64,000 bases of DNA from an uncultured Eubacteriales bacterium. GTDB lineage: Bacteria; Bacillota; Clostridia; Christensenellales; CAG-138. Of the stretch, positions 16,153-27,253 are shown piece after piece. The stretch covers positions 375 to 64,374 of the forward strand of contig CADCMN010000009.1 in NCBI GenBank assembly GCA_902802575.1. The letters are read 5' to 3'. Every line of letters begins with the position of its first letter. Positions within the stretch are counted from its first letter, which is position 1. The notes below the pieces were generated by a model that was given only the letters and a program-made list of their open reading frames with translations, ran no database searches and was not told the origin of the DNA. Made by a program: the position numbers and the translations under genes.

Positions 16153-17469
16153 CTATCCCTCGGTGATCTTCTTCCGGATATCCTCCAGGTTCCTCTTGAA
16201 TTCGACGTCCTCCCGCATCATGGATTCGATTCGGCCGCAGGCGGAGATGGCGGTGGTGTGATCTGAACGGTCGAAGAGCATGGCGATCCGTTTGTAGGGC
16301 AGGGACAGCATATCATGGCACAGATACATGGCGATTTGACGAGGCACCACCACTTCTTTATCCCGCCGCTGGGACATGAGGCTTTGCAGGGAGATATGGT
16401 AGTAGTCCGCCACGATCTCCTTGATCCGGGTGGGGGTCACATCCACCTTCTTATCCTCGGGCAGCAGATCCTTGAGAGCCTCCCGGGCAAGAGCCATCGT
16501 GACCGGCTCTTCCTTTAAATTGGAATAGAAGAAGACCTTGGTGAGGCTTCCTTCCAGCTGACGGATGTTGTTCGGAACATGCTCTGCAATGAACTGGATG
16601 ATGGCGTCGTCCACCACCTTTCCCTCCTGCTGGGCCTTATTTCGAAGGATGGCGATACGGGTTTCCACGTCCGGCTCCTGGATGTCGATGCTCAGACCGC
16701 CCACCAACCGGGAACGGATACGCTCCTCCAGGTTGGCAATCTCCTCCGGCGGCCGGTCGGAGCTGATGACGATGCCTTTGCCTGCGTTATGGAGGGTATT
16801 GAAGGTGTTGAAAAACTCCTCCTGAACGGACTGGCGATTGGCGATAAACTGGACGTCATCGATCATCAGCAAATCAACATTGCGGAACCGATGGCGAAAT
16901 TCCGCGTTTTTACCCATGCGGATGGCTTCGATCAGCTCGTTGGTGAAGGTTTCGCTGGTCACGTATAAAACCCGGGCCGTGGGAAAGTTTTGCTTCACCG
17001 CATGACCGATGGCATGCATCAGATGGGTTTTTCCAAGGCCCACGCCGCCATAGAGGGAGAGGGGATTATAGACTCGACCGGGCGCTTTGGCCACCGCCTG
17101 AGCGGCGGCGTGCGCGGAGCGGTTGGAATTGCCCACCACGAAGGTTTCAAAGGTATAGCGAGGATTCAGAGCATAGATGCTGGGCGTGGAGGTATTCTCG
17201 CTTCCGTCAAAATCCCGCCGCTGGTCGGGCAGGATCAGCATGACGTCGATGATCTGGGTGTTTGCCTGCTTGGCGCCGATGCGCAACGTGTCCTTGTAGT
17301 ATTCATTGATGGTGGACTTGGTGGCGGCGTCCGGGCACTGGATCACCAGGATACCGTTTTGAATGGTCACCGGTTCCAAAACTTCGATCCATCGATTGAA
17401 GCTGAGAGAGGACATCTCCCGCCGAATATTTTCACGGGCCAAAGCCCAAATGCCTTTGATCTGTTCCAT
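16153..17469 (-). CDS. dnaA: Chromosomal replication initiator protein DnaA
   Basis: 438 aa with the AAA+ Walker A GGVGLGKTHLMHAIGH and the C-terminal DNA-binding helix region (VVPRQIAMYLCHDMLSLPYKRIAMLFDRSDHTTAISA). Confidence 0.95.
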   Translation of the reverse strand: MEQIKGIWALARENIRREMSSLSFNRWIEVLEPVTIQNGILVIQCPDAATKSTINEYYKDTLRIGAKQANTQIIDVMLILPDQRRDFDGSENTSTPSIYALNPRYTFETFVVGNSNRSAHAAAQAVAKAPGRVYNPLSLYGGVGLGKTHLMHAIGHAVKQNFPTARVLYVTSETFTNELIEAIRMGKNAEFRHRFRNVDLLMIDDVQFIANRQSVQEEFFNTFNTLHNAGKGIVISSDRPPEEIANLEERIRSRLVGGLSIDIQEPDVETRIAILRNKAQQEGKVVDDAIIQFIAEHVPNNIRQLEGSLTKVFFYSNLKEEPVTMALAREALKDLLPEDKKVDVTPTRIKEIVADYYHISLQSLMSQRRDKEVVVPRQIAMYLCHDMLSLPYKRIAMLFDRSDHTTAISACGRIESMMREDVEFKRNLEDIRKKITEG

Positions 17470-17613
17470 TCGATATTCTCCCTGAGTATACTGAAAGCTT
17501 ATCTATCATAACAGAGAAAAATCCAAAAAGCAAAGGATTTTTTGGAGGAAAAAGGGATAAAAAACACCGGACAACATGTATGTAAAGGTGGAACGGTAAG
17601 CCACAATATATAG

Positions 17614-17622
17614 TTATCCACA
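17614..17622. promoter_or_regulatory. Perfect DnaA box upstream of dnaA
   Basis: TTATCCACA at 17614-17622 in the dnaA/hydrolase divergent spacer. Confidence 0.6.
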
Positions 17623-17680
17623 TAGCAAAAGACGCTGTTGATACGGGAGTGAAGCAATGATCCTTTTACAATTTCCTCAC

Positions 17681-17709
17681 TTGCGGTAGGAGAGGGTTTG
17701 CGGTATAGT
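17681..17709 (+). promoter_or_regulatory. Candidate sigA promoter for the hydrolase-DUF951-lepB operon
   Basis: TTGCGG (17681-17686), a 17-nt spacer, then TATAGT (17704-17709), followed by AAGGAG and the start codon. Confidence 0.45.
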
Positions 17710-17726
17710 ACAATAAAGGAGAATGT

Positions 17727-18617
17727 GTGAATATGGCATACTGGTATCGGCCCATCGTCAATTCTGATTTAATCGGAGAAAAACTCACCATCCAGCTGCC
17801 CGGGTTTCCGCACGGCAGGGAGGAAAAATGCTCCATTCATTATTTAACCTTAGGAGAGGGTGAACCGCTTCTTTTGGTTCACTCCGTCGGTCAGAGCCTG
17901 TATACCTGGCGGGACCTGATCCCGTTGCTGGCGGAAAAATACAATGTGATCGCCCTGGATCTGGTTGGGTTTGGTTTTTCGGGACGGCCCGTGTCCATGA
18001 ATTATTCCATGGATGAGATGGCGGATACGCTGATCGAGTTTATCAAGGCCATGAAGCTGGATCACGTTCACGCGGTGGGCGCGTCCTTGGGAGGAATGTA
18101 TCTGCTCAGAGCCATGAGCCGTTTTCCGGAGATGTTTGACAAAGTGACGGTCCTGTGCCCCGGCGGGATCACAAGGCAGATGCCTCGAAAAATACGCCAA
18201 ATGGCGGCGCCGTTCATCGGTCCTTTTGTGCGTGAGGTATACACCAAGAAGGATGTCAGAAACGCCTTGCAGCTGTGCTACTATGACAGCACCGTTCTCA
18301 CGCGGGAGGTGTTGGACGAATACTTTGAAACATTGGACAGCTATGCCTCTCGACAGGCGCTGATGTATTGTCTTCGCAATTTCGATGAAGAGCTGGTATG
18401 GGATGGACTAAAAACTTCCGACCACCCGGTGTTTGTGCTCTGGGGCGAGGAGGACAGGGTGCAGCCCTTTGAAAATTTGGGAAAGGTCCAGAAAATATTG
18501 AAGAATGGGGAATTTTTCTCCGTGCGGAACGCAGGTCACTTCTTCCAGGAGGAGAAGGCGGATGTTCTGTCGGATATGATTGACAAATATATCCTTTACG
18601 GGGAGGAGATTGTATGA
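17727..18617 (+). CDS. Alpha/beta-fold hydrolase
   Basis: 296 aa with an HSVGQS oxyanion region, a GASLGG nucleophile elbow and a C-terminal NAGHFFQEE. The start is either GTG 17727 or ATG 17733. Confidence 0.7.
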   Translation: MNMAYWYRPIVNSDLIGEKLTIQLPGFPHGREEKCSIHYLTLGEGEPLLLVHSVGQSLYTWRDLIPLLAEKYNVIALDLVGFGFSGRPVSMNYSMDEMADTLIEFIKAMKLDHVHAVGASLGGMYLLRAMSRFPEMFDKVTVLCPGGITRQMPRKIRQMAAPFIGPFVREVYTKKDVRNALQLCYYDSTVLTREVLDEYFETLDSYASRQALMYCLRNFDEELVWDGLKTSDHPVFVLWGEEDRVQPFENLGKVQKILKNGEFFSVRNAGHFFQEEKADVLSDMIDKYILYGEEIV

Positions 18618-18817
18618 TCGACACCTTCTCCCTTAAAGACAGGGTGATTCTGAAGAAACCCCATGCCTGCGGTGAAAATCTTTGGGAGATTGTGCGCGTA
18701 GGGGCGGACGTGAAATTAAAATGCGTCGCCTGCGGCCGGGTGATTATGCTGGATCGGCTGGAGTTTCTAAAGCGGGCCAAAAAGCTCGCGCCATCGGGGA
18801 AGGACGAAACATGCTGA
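18614..18817 (+). CDS. DUF951-family small protein
   Basis: 67 aa (LKKPHACGENLWEIVRVGADVKLKCVACGRVIMLDRLEF), typical of the DUF951/YyzM-like family. It has ATGA overlaps with both neighbouring genes. Confidence 0.6.
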   Translation: MIDTFSLKDRVILKKPHACGENLWEIVRVGADVKLKCVACGRVIMLDRLEFLKRAKKLAPSGKDETC

Positions 18818-19416
18818 CAAAACAGGACAAAAGAGAAATACTGAAACTGGTGGATCATCGCAACGAGCATCTCAAGGGAAGCCGTTCCTGGGATGTCATT
18901 GAATACTGTATTACGTTTCTTCTGATGATCGTGCTGGCTTTTTCCATTCGTTCCGTGATATTTGAGCCCATGCGGGTAAAGGGATCGTCCATGGAGAACA
19001 CCCTGCTGCCCGGAGATTATATGGCTGTGGAAAAACTGAGTTATATTCTCAAACCCATGAAGCGGGGCGATGTGGTGATCTGTTATTATCCGAATAACGA
19101 CGATTATACCTGCGTCAAGCGGATCATCGGCCTGGAGGGAGACACCATCACCATCGATAATGGTCTTGTCAGCGTGAACGGCGTTCAGCTTCGGGAGGAC
19201 TATGTGACTACGGGCCTGACGCCCAGACATGACGGGACCTATATCGTGGAGCAAGGCTGTGTGTTCGTCATGGGTGATAACCGTCTGGTATCTCGGGACA
19301 GCACGGACGGCATGGTAGGAAGCATACCTGTGGCGCGGGTCATCGGACGAGTGGATCGGGTGCTGTTCCCGTTTTCCCGGTCTAAGCGGATGCAGGGGGT
19401 ACAATACGGCGTATGA
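18811..19416 (+). CDS. lepB: Signal peptidase I (S26A)
   Basis: ATG at 18811 (MLTKQDK...). One TM segment, the catalytic-Ser box GSSMENTL, the Lys box VKRIIGLEGD and GDNRLVSRDS. Confidence 0.85.
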   Translation: MLTKQDKREILKLVDHRNEHLKGSRSWDVIEYCITFLLMIVLAFSIRSVIFEPMRVKGSSMENTLLPGDYMAVEKLSYILKPMKRGDVVICYYPNNDDYTCVKRIIGLEGDTITIDNGLVSVNGVQLREDYVTTGLTPRHDGTYIVEQGCVFVMGDNRLVSRDSTDGMVGSIPVARVIGRVDRVLFPFSRSKRMQGVQYGV

Positions 19417-19970
19417 ACACGGAAGGCGCGCCGTTGCGGCGGGAAACCTTCAAAAAACTTCATCGTCGGCACAATCTGTGGCGATGGCTGTTCAGCACGC
19501 TGTTGGCCGCTTTATTCATGTCCTTTGTTTGCTTTGTTTGGTTCGGCTGGGTGAAGATCGGCAACGATTCCATGGCCCCTTCCCTTCGTCAGGGAAATCT
19601 GGTGCTGGTGGATCGGCTGTATAAGTATTGTTATCGGATCGAGCGCACGGATATGGTGGCTTTTTATCGGCCCGGCACGAAAGAGCTGCTCATCAAACGA
19701 GTGGTGGCTACAGGCGGCGAATCCGTCAGCGGTCTGAACGGAGCCGTGTGGATCGACGAGAAATACCGGCTGAATGAGGATGGATACGGCGTGGTGAACA
19801 CGGCTGACTTCGATCGGATCGAGGTGCCGGAAGGGTATGTATTCGTTTTGTCGGATGATCGACAGTATATGGAGGACAGCCGAGAAGACGGCATCGGGTG
19901 CGTCTCGATCAACGATATCGTGGGCGTCATGCACATTCGGTTGATGCCCTCCCTCCGATTCTATCGATAG
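19413..19970 (+). CDS. lepB: Second signal peptidase I paralog (S26A)
   Basis: 185 aa with a TM segment, GNDSMAPSL, IKRVVATGGESV and LSDDRQYMEDSRE. It has an ATGA overlap with the upstream lepB. Confidence 0.8.
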   Translation: MNTEGAPLRRETFKKLHRRHNLWRWLFSTLLAALFMSFVCFVWFGWVKIGNDSMAPSLRQGNLVLVDRLYKYCYRIERTDMVAFYRPGTKELLIKRVVATGGESVSGLNGAVWIDEKYRLNEDGYGVVNTADFDRIEVPEGYVFVLSDDRQYMEDSREDGIGCVSINDIVGVMHIRLMPSLRFYR

Positions 19971-20056
19971 CGGGACCTATACGGTCCTTTTTTTATAGTA
20001 TGCAACCAAAGGGCTCTTTTCATGGTGTTATTGGTACAGAAGGAAGGTGAAACAAG

Positions 20057-21352
20057 ATGAAGAAAACGATCTGTTGGCTGCTGCTTCTTGTGATGCTGCT
20101 GGCCGGATGCACCGGCAAAGCAGTGGAAAAAACGGCAGGGGAGAATCCGATTCTGCAAAGCGAACCGGCGCCACAGGGGAGCGACATCGCGCCGCCGGCC
20201 GTGGAAAATGACGAGCCGACGCCGACTATTCCTCCCATCGATGGCTATAATGACTTTATGAGCGTTCTGTCCGCCGCGCTGATGGATGGGCATAGCAATA
20301 AAAATCTGTCCCCTGTCAGCGTGTATATCGCACTTGCCATGGCTGCAGAGGGAGCCAAGGGAGACACGCAGGAGGAACTGCTGGCTATTTTGGGAGAAAA
20401 AAAGCTGAAGGATCTGAGAAAAAGCGTCGAACAGATGCTGAAAGATCTGAAAACGGAGGGAACGGGCGGCGAACTCGTTTTAGCCAATTCCATCTGGCTC
20501 GGCAGGCAGGATGAATCCGTTGCGTTCCATGAGGCATACATAAAAACCTTGGCGAAAAGTTATGGCGCGGAGGCCGGCGCGGTCCGCTTCGGCGCGGCGG
20601 AAGCCGGAGAAAAAATCGCCGCATGGATCAAAGAAAAGACCCGTGATAAGATCCAGCCCTCAGAAGACGCCATGACCTTCAATGCGGACACTTTGGCTGT
20701 GCTCATCAACACCATCTATCTTAAGGACAGTTGGCAAAAGCCCTTTGATCCGGAAAGGACGGAACAAGATACTTTCTCTGGATTGCAGGGGAAAGAAATA
20801 ATAGTGAAATATATGCGCCGTACAGACAGCAACGCCGCCGTCGTCCGCGGGGAAGGATACCTCCGCTATGCCCTGCCGCTCAGAGACGTAGGACGGATGG
20901 TGTTCGTGCTGCCCAACGAGGAAGTATCCCTCGAGAGCCTGTTGGGCAGCCCTGAGAAGATCAATGAGCTGCTGCGGGGAGGCGAGGAGGTCAACGCCGA
21001 TGTGGATCTCAAGGTGCCCAAATTTACCTTCCAAGATCGGACGGATCTGGAAAAAACGTTGATGGACCTGGGCGTTCGCATCAGTTTCACGGGCGGCGCG
21101 GACTTTTCCGGCATAACGGACACCCCCGCCCATATCAGCCGCGTGCTGCAGGAAAGTCATATTGGTGTGAATGAGGACGGAGTGGAGGCGGCGGCTTACA
21201 CCATGATCGCTTTGGCCAAGAGCTCCATGTCCATCGAAAAACGGGACAAGATAGATTTTCACTTGACCCGCCCCTTCCTCTACGCCATAGAAAGCTATGA
21301 TGGCACGGTGCTCTTTATCGGCACCGTGACGGAACCCGACAAAGCACAATAA
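20057..21352 (+). CDS. Serpin-family protease inhibitor, predicted lipoprotein
   Basis: 431 aa with the lipobox LLAGC at the end of the signal peptide, serpin core motifs (NLSPVSVYIALAMAAEGAKGDT, ANSIWL) and the hinge NEDGVEAAAYT followed by a reactive-centre loop and FHLTRPFLYAI. Confidence 0.85.
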   Translation: MKKTICWLLLLVMLLAGCTGKAVEKTAGENPILQSEPAPQGSDIAPPAVENDEPTPTIPPIDGYNDFMSVLSAALMDGHSNKNLSPVSVYIALAMAAEGAKGDTQEELLAILGEKKLKDLRKSVEQMLKDLKTEGTGGELVLANSIWLGRQDESVAFHEAYIKTLAKSYGAEAGAVRFGAAEAGEKIAAWIKEKTRDKIQPSEDAMTFNADTLAVLINTIYLKDSWQKPFDPERTEQDTFSGLQGKEIIVKYMRRTDSNAAVVRGEGYLRYALPLRDVGRMVFVLPNEEVSLESLLGSPEKINELLRGGEEVNADVDLKVPKFTFQDRTDLEKTLMDLGVRISFTGGADFSGITDTPAHISRVLQESHIGVNEDGVEAAAYTMIALAKSSMSIEKRDKIDFHLTRPFLYAIESYDGTVLFIGTVTEPDKAQ

Positions 21353-21365
21353 GATAAATAAAAGC

Positions 21366-21397
21366 AAGCCGCTTTTCCGATACAGGAGAAGCGGCTT
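21366..21397. terminator. Bidirectional intrinsic terminator between convergent serpin and leuS genes
   Basis: AAGCCGCTTTTCC-gatacag-GAGAAGCGGCTT (one mismatch). The flanks are T-rich on both strands. Confidence 0.6.
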
Positions 21398-21455
21398 ATT
21401 GTGTATTGAAGTATATTTTCAGCGCGATGATCCGCTTGCCGGAGCAATCGAAACA

Positions 21456-23861
<2,406 letters not shown>

Positions 23862-24002
23862 GATTGCCTCCTGAAAAAGGATGAATTAAACGGTTTTACT
23901 AATCTATAAATGTATTACCTTTGTGAGCTTTTGTCAACAAACTTTACAAGGGGAGATAAGTGTGATAAGATGCAGAAAAACTGCCGGGAGGACAAACCAT
24001 CC

Positions 24003-24977
24003 ATGCATCCGTTCATCCATATAGGCGCCCTCTCCCTGCCCATGTATGGGCTGTGCGCTATGGTAGGGACCATCTTTGCCCTGCTCGCTGTGTTTCGGCT
24101 CAGAAAAAAAGGTTCGCCCATCTCCGAGGACAACCTGCTGGACGCCTTGATTTGGGCCATTTTGCTGGGATTCATATGCTCGAAGCTCCTGTATTTCATC
24201 GTGGAGCCGCCCCAGATGCCGCACAGCTGGGCGGAGGTATGGGAACTGATCTCCACGGGGCTGGTGTTCTATGGCGGATTGTTGGGCGGTCTGCTTGGCC
24301 TTGTGTTCGCGAGCCGCAAGACCGGTAAAAGCTTTCTTTCCTTCACGGACCTTATGGCGCCCTGCTTCTGTCTGGCTCACGCCGGCGGGCGTATCGGCTG
24401 CCTCATGGCAGGCTGTTGCTACGGCATGCCCTATTCCGGACCCTGCGCCGTGGTGTTGGACGGCGTGTCCCGGCTGCCCACGCAGCCCATGGAAGCGATT
24501 TTTCTGGTGATCCTTTCCGTGGTTCTGATAAAAATTTTTTTGAAAAAGCCGCGTCGGGGCACGGTCACGGGCTGGTATATGGTCCTCTACGCCGTATGGC
24601 GGTTCATCATAGAGTTTTTCCGGGCGGACGAACGGGGCACAGTGGGCGCTTTGTCCACCAGTCAGTTCATCTCCCTGTTCATATTTGCCTTCGGCATCTA
24701 TTTGCTGTACTGCAGCCGGCAGGCGGTGAATGATTTTGAAGCGGCGGAGCCGAAGGAACCCAAGCCCGCACCGGCGGAACGGCCGGAAACAGCGCCTCTG
24801 CCGGCGGACCCCTTGGAAGCGGTCAACGAGGATACGGGGACCGAAATCGAGGCTTCCGAGGTCAGCGTGCCTGAAGAGGAGGTTGCCGGCGCTTCCGCTG
24901 AGCTAAGCAGCGAAGGGAGTTCCGGCGCCGGGGCCGCCGAAGCCGATGGTGGCCCGGGGGACGGCGGCGACCAGTAG
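24003..24977 (+). CDS. lgt: Prolipoprotein diacylglyceryl transferase with an acidic, Pro-rich C-terminal tail
   Basis: MHPFIHIGALSLPMYGL..., YGGLLGG, GRIGCLMAGCCYG, PTQPMEA and RFIIEFFRADERG. The start is uncertain (ATG 24003 versus 23970). The last ~90 aa are low complexity. Confidence 0.85.
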   Translation: MHPFIHIGALSLPMYGLCAMVGTIFALLAVFRLRKKGSPISEDNLLDALIWAILLGFICSKLLYFIVEPPQMPHSWAEVWELISTGLVFYGGLLGGLLGLVFASRKTGKSFLSFTDLMAPCFCLAHAGGRIGCLMAGCCYGMPYSGPCAVVLDGVSRLPTQPMEAIFLVILSVVLIKIFLKKPRRGTVTGWYMVLYAVWRFIIEFFRADERGTVGALSTSQFISLFIFAFGIYLLYCSRQAVNDFEAAEPKEPKPAPAERPETAPLPADPLEAVNEDTGTEIEASEVSVPEEEVAGASAELSSEGSSGAGAAEADGGPGDGGDQ

Positions 24978-25020
24978 ATACAACCATCGGGAGGGCGGCC
25001 TTTGCCGCCTTCTTTTTATA

Positions 25021-25036
25021 TGTTTCACGTGAAACA
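25021..25036. promoter_or_regulatory. parS: parS centromere-like site (perfect palindrome)
   Basis: TGTTTCACGTGAAACA matches the Firmicute parS consensus exactly and lies directly next to the -35 element of the parA promoter. Confidence 0.85.
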
Positions 25037-25065
25037 TTGCTTTTTGCGTCGGGGTACGATATACT
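25037..25065 (+). promoter_or_regulatory. Candidate promoter of parA-parB
   Basis: TTGCTT (25037-25042), a 17-nt spacer, then TATACT (25060-25065). It is followed by AAGGAG and the TTG start at 25101. Confidence 0.5.
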
Positions 25066-25100
25066 GATACGGCAACGAAATAAAAAAAGGAGAATGATCC

Positions 25101-25862
25101 TTGGCAAAAATCATTTGTATCGCCAATCAAAAGGGCGGGGTGGGCAAAACCACCACCGCAGTGAACCTGTCTGCCTGCGTGGCTCAGTTGGGCAAACGGG
25201 TGTTGCTCATCGACATTGACCCCCAAGGAAACACCACCAGCGGCCTGGGTGTGAACAAAAACCGGTTGGACTATTCCGTCTACGACGTGCTCATCAATGA
25301 TGTGGACGCAGCGGACGCCGTGCGAGATACCATGATCGACACCCTGAAACTGTTGCCGGCGCGGGTGGAACTGGCCGGGGCCGAGGTGGAGCTGGTGAAT
25401 TTATTGGCCCGAGAGCATCGGCTGAAGAACGCCATCGCGCCGATTCGGGATCAGTATGAGTATATTTTTGTGGACTGCCCGCCGTCCTTGGGCCTGTTGA
25501 CGTTGAACGCCCTGACCATGGCGGATGCTCTTTTGGTACCCATTCAATGCGAATACTACGCGTTGGAGGGGCTTTCTCAGCTGATGAACACGGTGAAGCT
25601 CATTCGTCGGAGCCTGAATCCCCAGCTGGAAGTGGAGGGCGTGGTCCTGACCATGTATGATGGAAGGACCAATCTGAGCCAACAAGTGGTGGGTGAGGTG
25701 AAGCGGTTTTTCAAAAACAAGGTCTACGACACCATCATTCCCCGGTCCGTTCGGCTGGGAGAGGCTCCCAGCTTTGGTTTGCCCATCAGCCTGTATGCGC
25801 CTAAGAGCACCGGGGCGGCGGCCTATGGGACCTTGGCGGCGGAATTGGTGGAGAAAGCGTAA
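25101..25862 (+). CDS. parA: Chromosome partitioning ATPase ParA/Soj
   Basis: 253 aa with a TTG start and the deviant Walker A ANQKGGVGKTTTAVNLSA. Confidence 0.92.
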   Translation: MAKIICIANQKGGVGKTTTAVNLSACVAQLGKRVLLIDIDPQGNTTSGLGVNKNRLDYSVYDVLINDVDAADAVRDTMIDTLKLLPARVELAGAEVELVNLLAREHRLKNAIAPIRDQYEYIFVDCPPSLGLLTLNALTMADALLVPIQCEYYALEGLSQLMNTVKLIRRSLNPQLEVEGVVLTMYDGRTNLSQQVVGEVKRFFKNKVYDTIIPRSVRLGEAPSFGLPISLYAPKSTGAAAYGTLAAELVEKA

Positions 25863-25874
25863 GGAGGGAAGAAA

Positions 25875-26723
25875 ATGGCCATCAAGAAAGGCTTGGGGCG
25901 CGGTTTGGACGCTCTGTTGGAAAGCTATGAGCCCGGAAGGGGCCCGGCCACCCTGCAGGAGGTATCCGTCTACGATATCGACACCAATCCAGATCAACCT
26001 CGGAAGACCTTCGACGAAGAGAAGCTGCAGGAGCTGGCGGGGTCCATCAAAACCCATGGCATCGTCCAGCCCCTGATCCTCTATCAGCAGGGAAACAGAT
26101 ATACCATCGTGGCCGGGGAGCGCCGGTATCGGGCGGCCCGGCTGGCGGGGCTGAAGACGGTGCCCGCCGTCATCACGGACAAGGAGGAACACGAACTCCA
26201 GGAGGTGTCCCTCATCGAGAACCTGCAGCGGGAGGACCTGAACCCCGTGGAGGAAGCAGCGGCCATCCGGTTTCTCATGGTCCAGCATAACCTGACCCAG
26301 GAGGAGGTCAGCAGCCGCATCGGCCGCAGCCGCCCGGCGGTGACCAACGCCCTGCGGTTGTTGAACCTGCCCGAGAGCGTTCAGGGGATGCTGAAGGAAG
26401 GGGCCCTGTCCGCCGGTCACGGAAAGATGCTGGCGGGCCTCGAAGATCCGGAGAAGGCGGAGAAGCTGGCGCAAAAGGCGATGAAAGAGGGCTGGAGCGT
26501 GCGGCAGCTGGAAGAGGCGGTGCGGCTGGACGCCCTGCCTCGGAGGAAGGTCTCCAGACGCATGGACCCGGAGATCCGCCGGACGGCCAGCGCCATCCGC
26601 AGCAAGCTCCGGGCCAAGGTGGCCATCGAGGGGGACCAGGAGAAGGGGAAGATCATCATCTCTTACTTTTCCAAGGATGATTTGATGAACATCTGCGACG
26701 CCATCCTGGGCGTAGAGGAATGA
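25875..26723 (+). CDS. parB: Chromosome partitioning protein ParB/Spo0J
   Basis: 282 aa with GLGRGLDALL, IVQPLIL...IVAGERRYRAARLAGL (the ParB box with the GERR arginine patch) and a helix-turn-helix region. Confidence 0.92.
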   Translation: MAIKKGLGRGLDALLESYEPGRGPATLQEVSVYDIDTNPDQPRKTFDEEKLQELAGSIKTHGIVQPLILYQQGNRYTIVAGERRYRAARLAGLKTVPAVITDKEEHELQEVSLIENLQREDLNPVEEAAAIRFLMVQHNLTQEEVSSRIGRSRPAVTNALRLLNLPESVQGMLKEGALSAGHGKMLAGLEDPEKAEKLAQKAMKEGWSVRQLEEAVRLDALPRRKVSRRMDPEIRRTASAIRSKLRAKVAIEGDQEKGKIIISYFSKDDLMNICDAILGVEE

Positions 26724-26739
26724 TGTTTCACGTGAAACC
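26724..26739. promoter_or_regulatory. parS: Second parS site (15/16 match)
   Basis: TGTTTCACGTGAAACC fills the whole 16-nt spacer between the parB stop (26723) and the next ATG (26740). Confidence 0.8.
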
Positions 26740-27108
26740 ATGACGAAGGAAGAGCTGTTCGCCTATATCGGGAAGGAATACGGCGTGACGCCGGACTATC
26801 CCTGGCTGGACTCGCCGGAGGGGGCGGTGTTCCGCCATGTCGACAACCGGAAGTGGTTCGCTCTGTCCATGCCGATCCCGCGGCGGTACGCCTATCCAGA
26901 CGAGCCGGGCGAGGTGGACGCCGTGAATCTGAAGTGCGACCCGGTGCTCTCCGGCATGCTCCGGGGCGAGCCGGGGATCCTGCCGGCCTGGCATATGAGC
27001 AAGGTCCATTGGATCACCGTTCTGCTGGACGGCTCCGCAGACGACGACCGGCTGAAGTTCCTGCTGCACCAGAGTTTTGAATTGACGAAAAGCAAGAAAA
27101 GGAAATAA
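26740..27108 (+). CDS. MmcQ/YjbR-family DNA-binding protein
   Basis: 122 aa with GVTPDYPW...AVFRHVDNRKWFAL...WHMSKVHWITVLLDG, characteristic of the YjbR fold family. Confidence 0.65.
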   Translation: MTKEELFAYIGKEYGVTPDYPWLDSPEGAVFRHVDNRKWFALSMPIPRRYAYPDEPGEVDAVNLKCDPVLSGMLRGEPGILPAWHMSKVHWITVLLDGSADDDRLKFLLHQSFELTKSKKRK

Positions 27109-27253
27109 TAATTTTGCCGCTTTTTTCCAGTGAAAAGAAAAAGCGGCGGAAAAAGAAAAGCGTAAGAAGGTAATAGGAATTACCGCTTAAGCTTTTTTTC
27201 TTCATAAAGTTCTTTTAGTCCAACCTTTTCTTTCAAGAAAAGATGGGGAGGCT

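Noticed and set aside
23862-24002. T-box leader upstream of leuS
   Set aside because: Only about 100-140 nt separate leuS from the divergent lgt start, which is too short for a T-box. No T-box consensus or specifier/antiterminator arrangement was seen.
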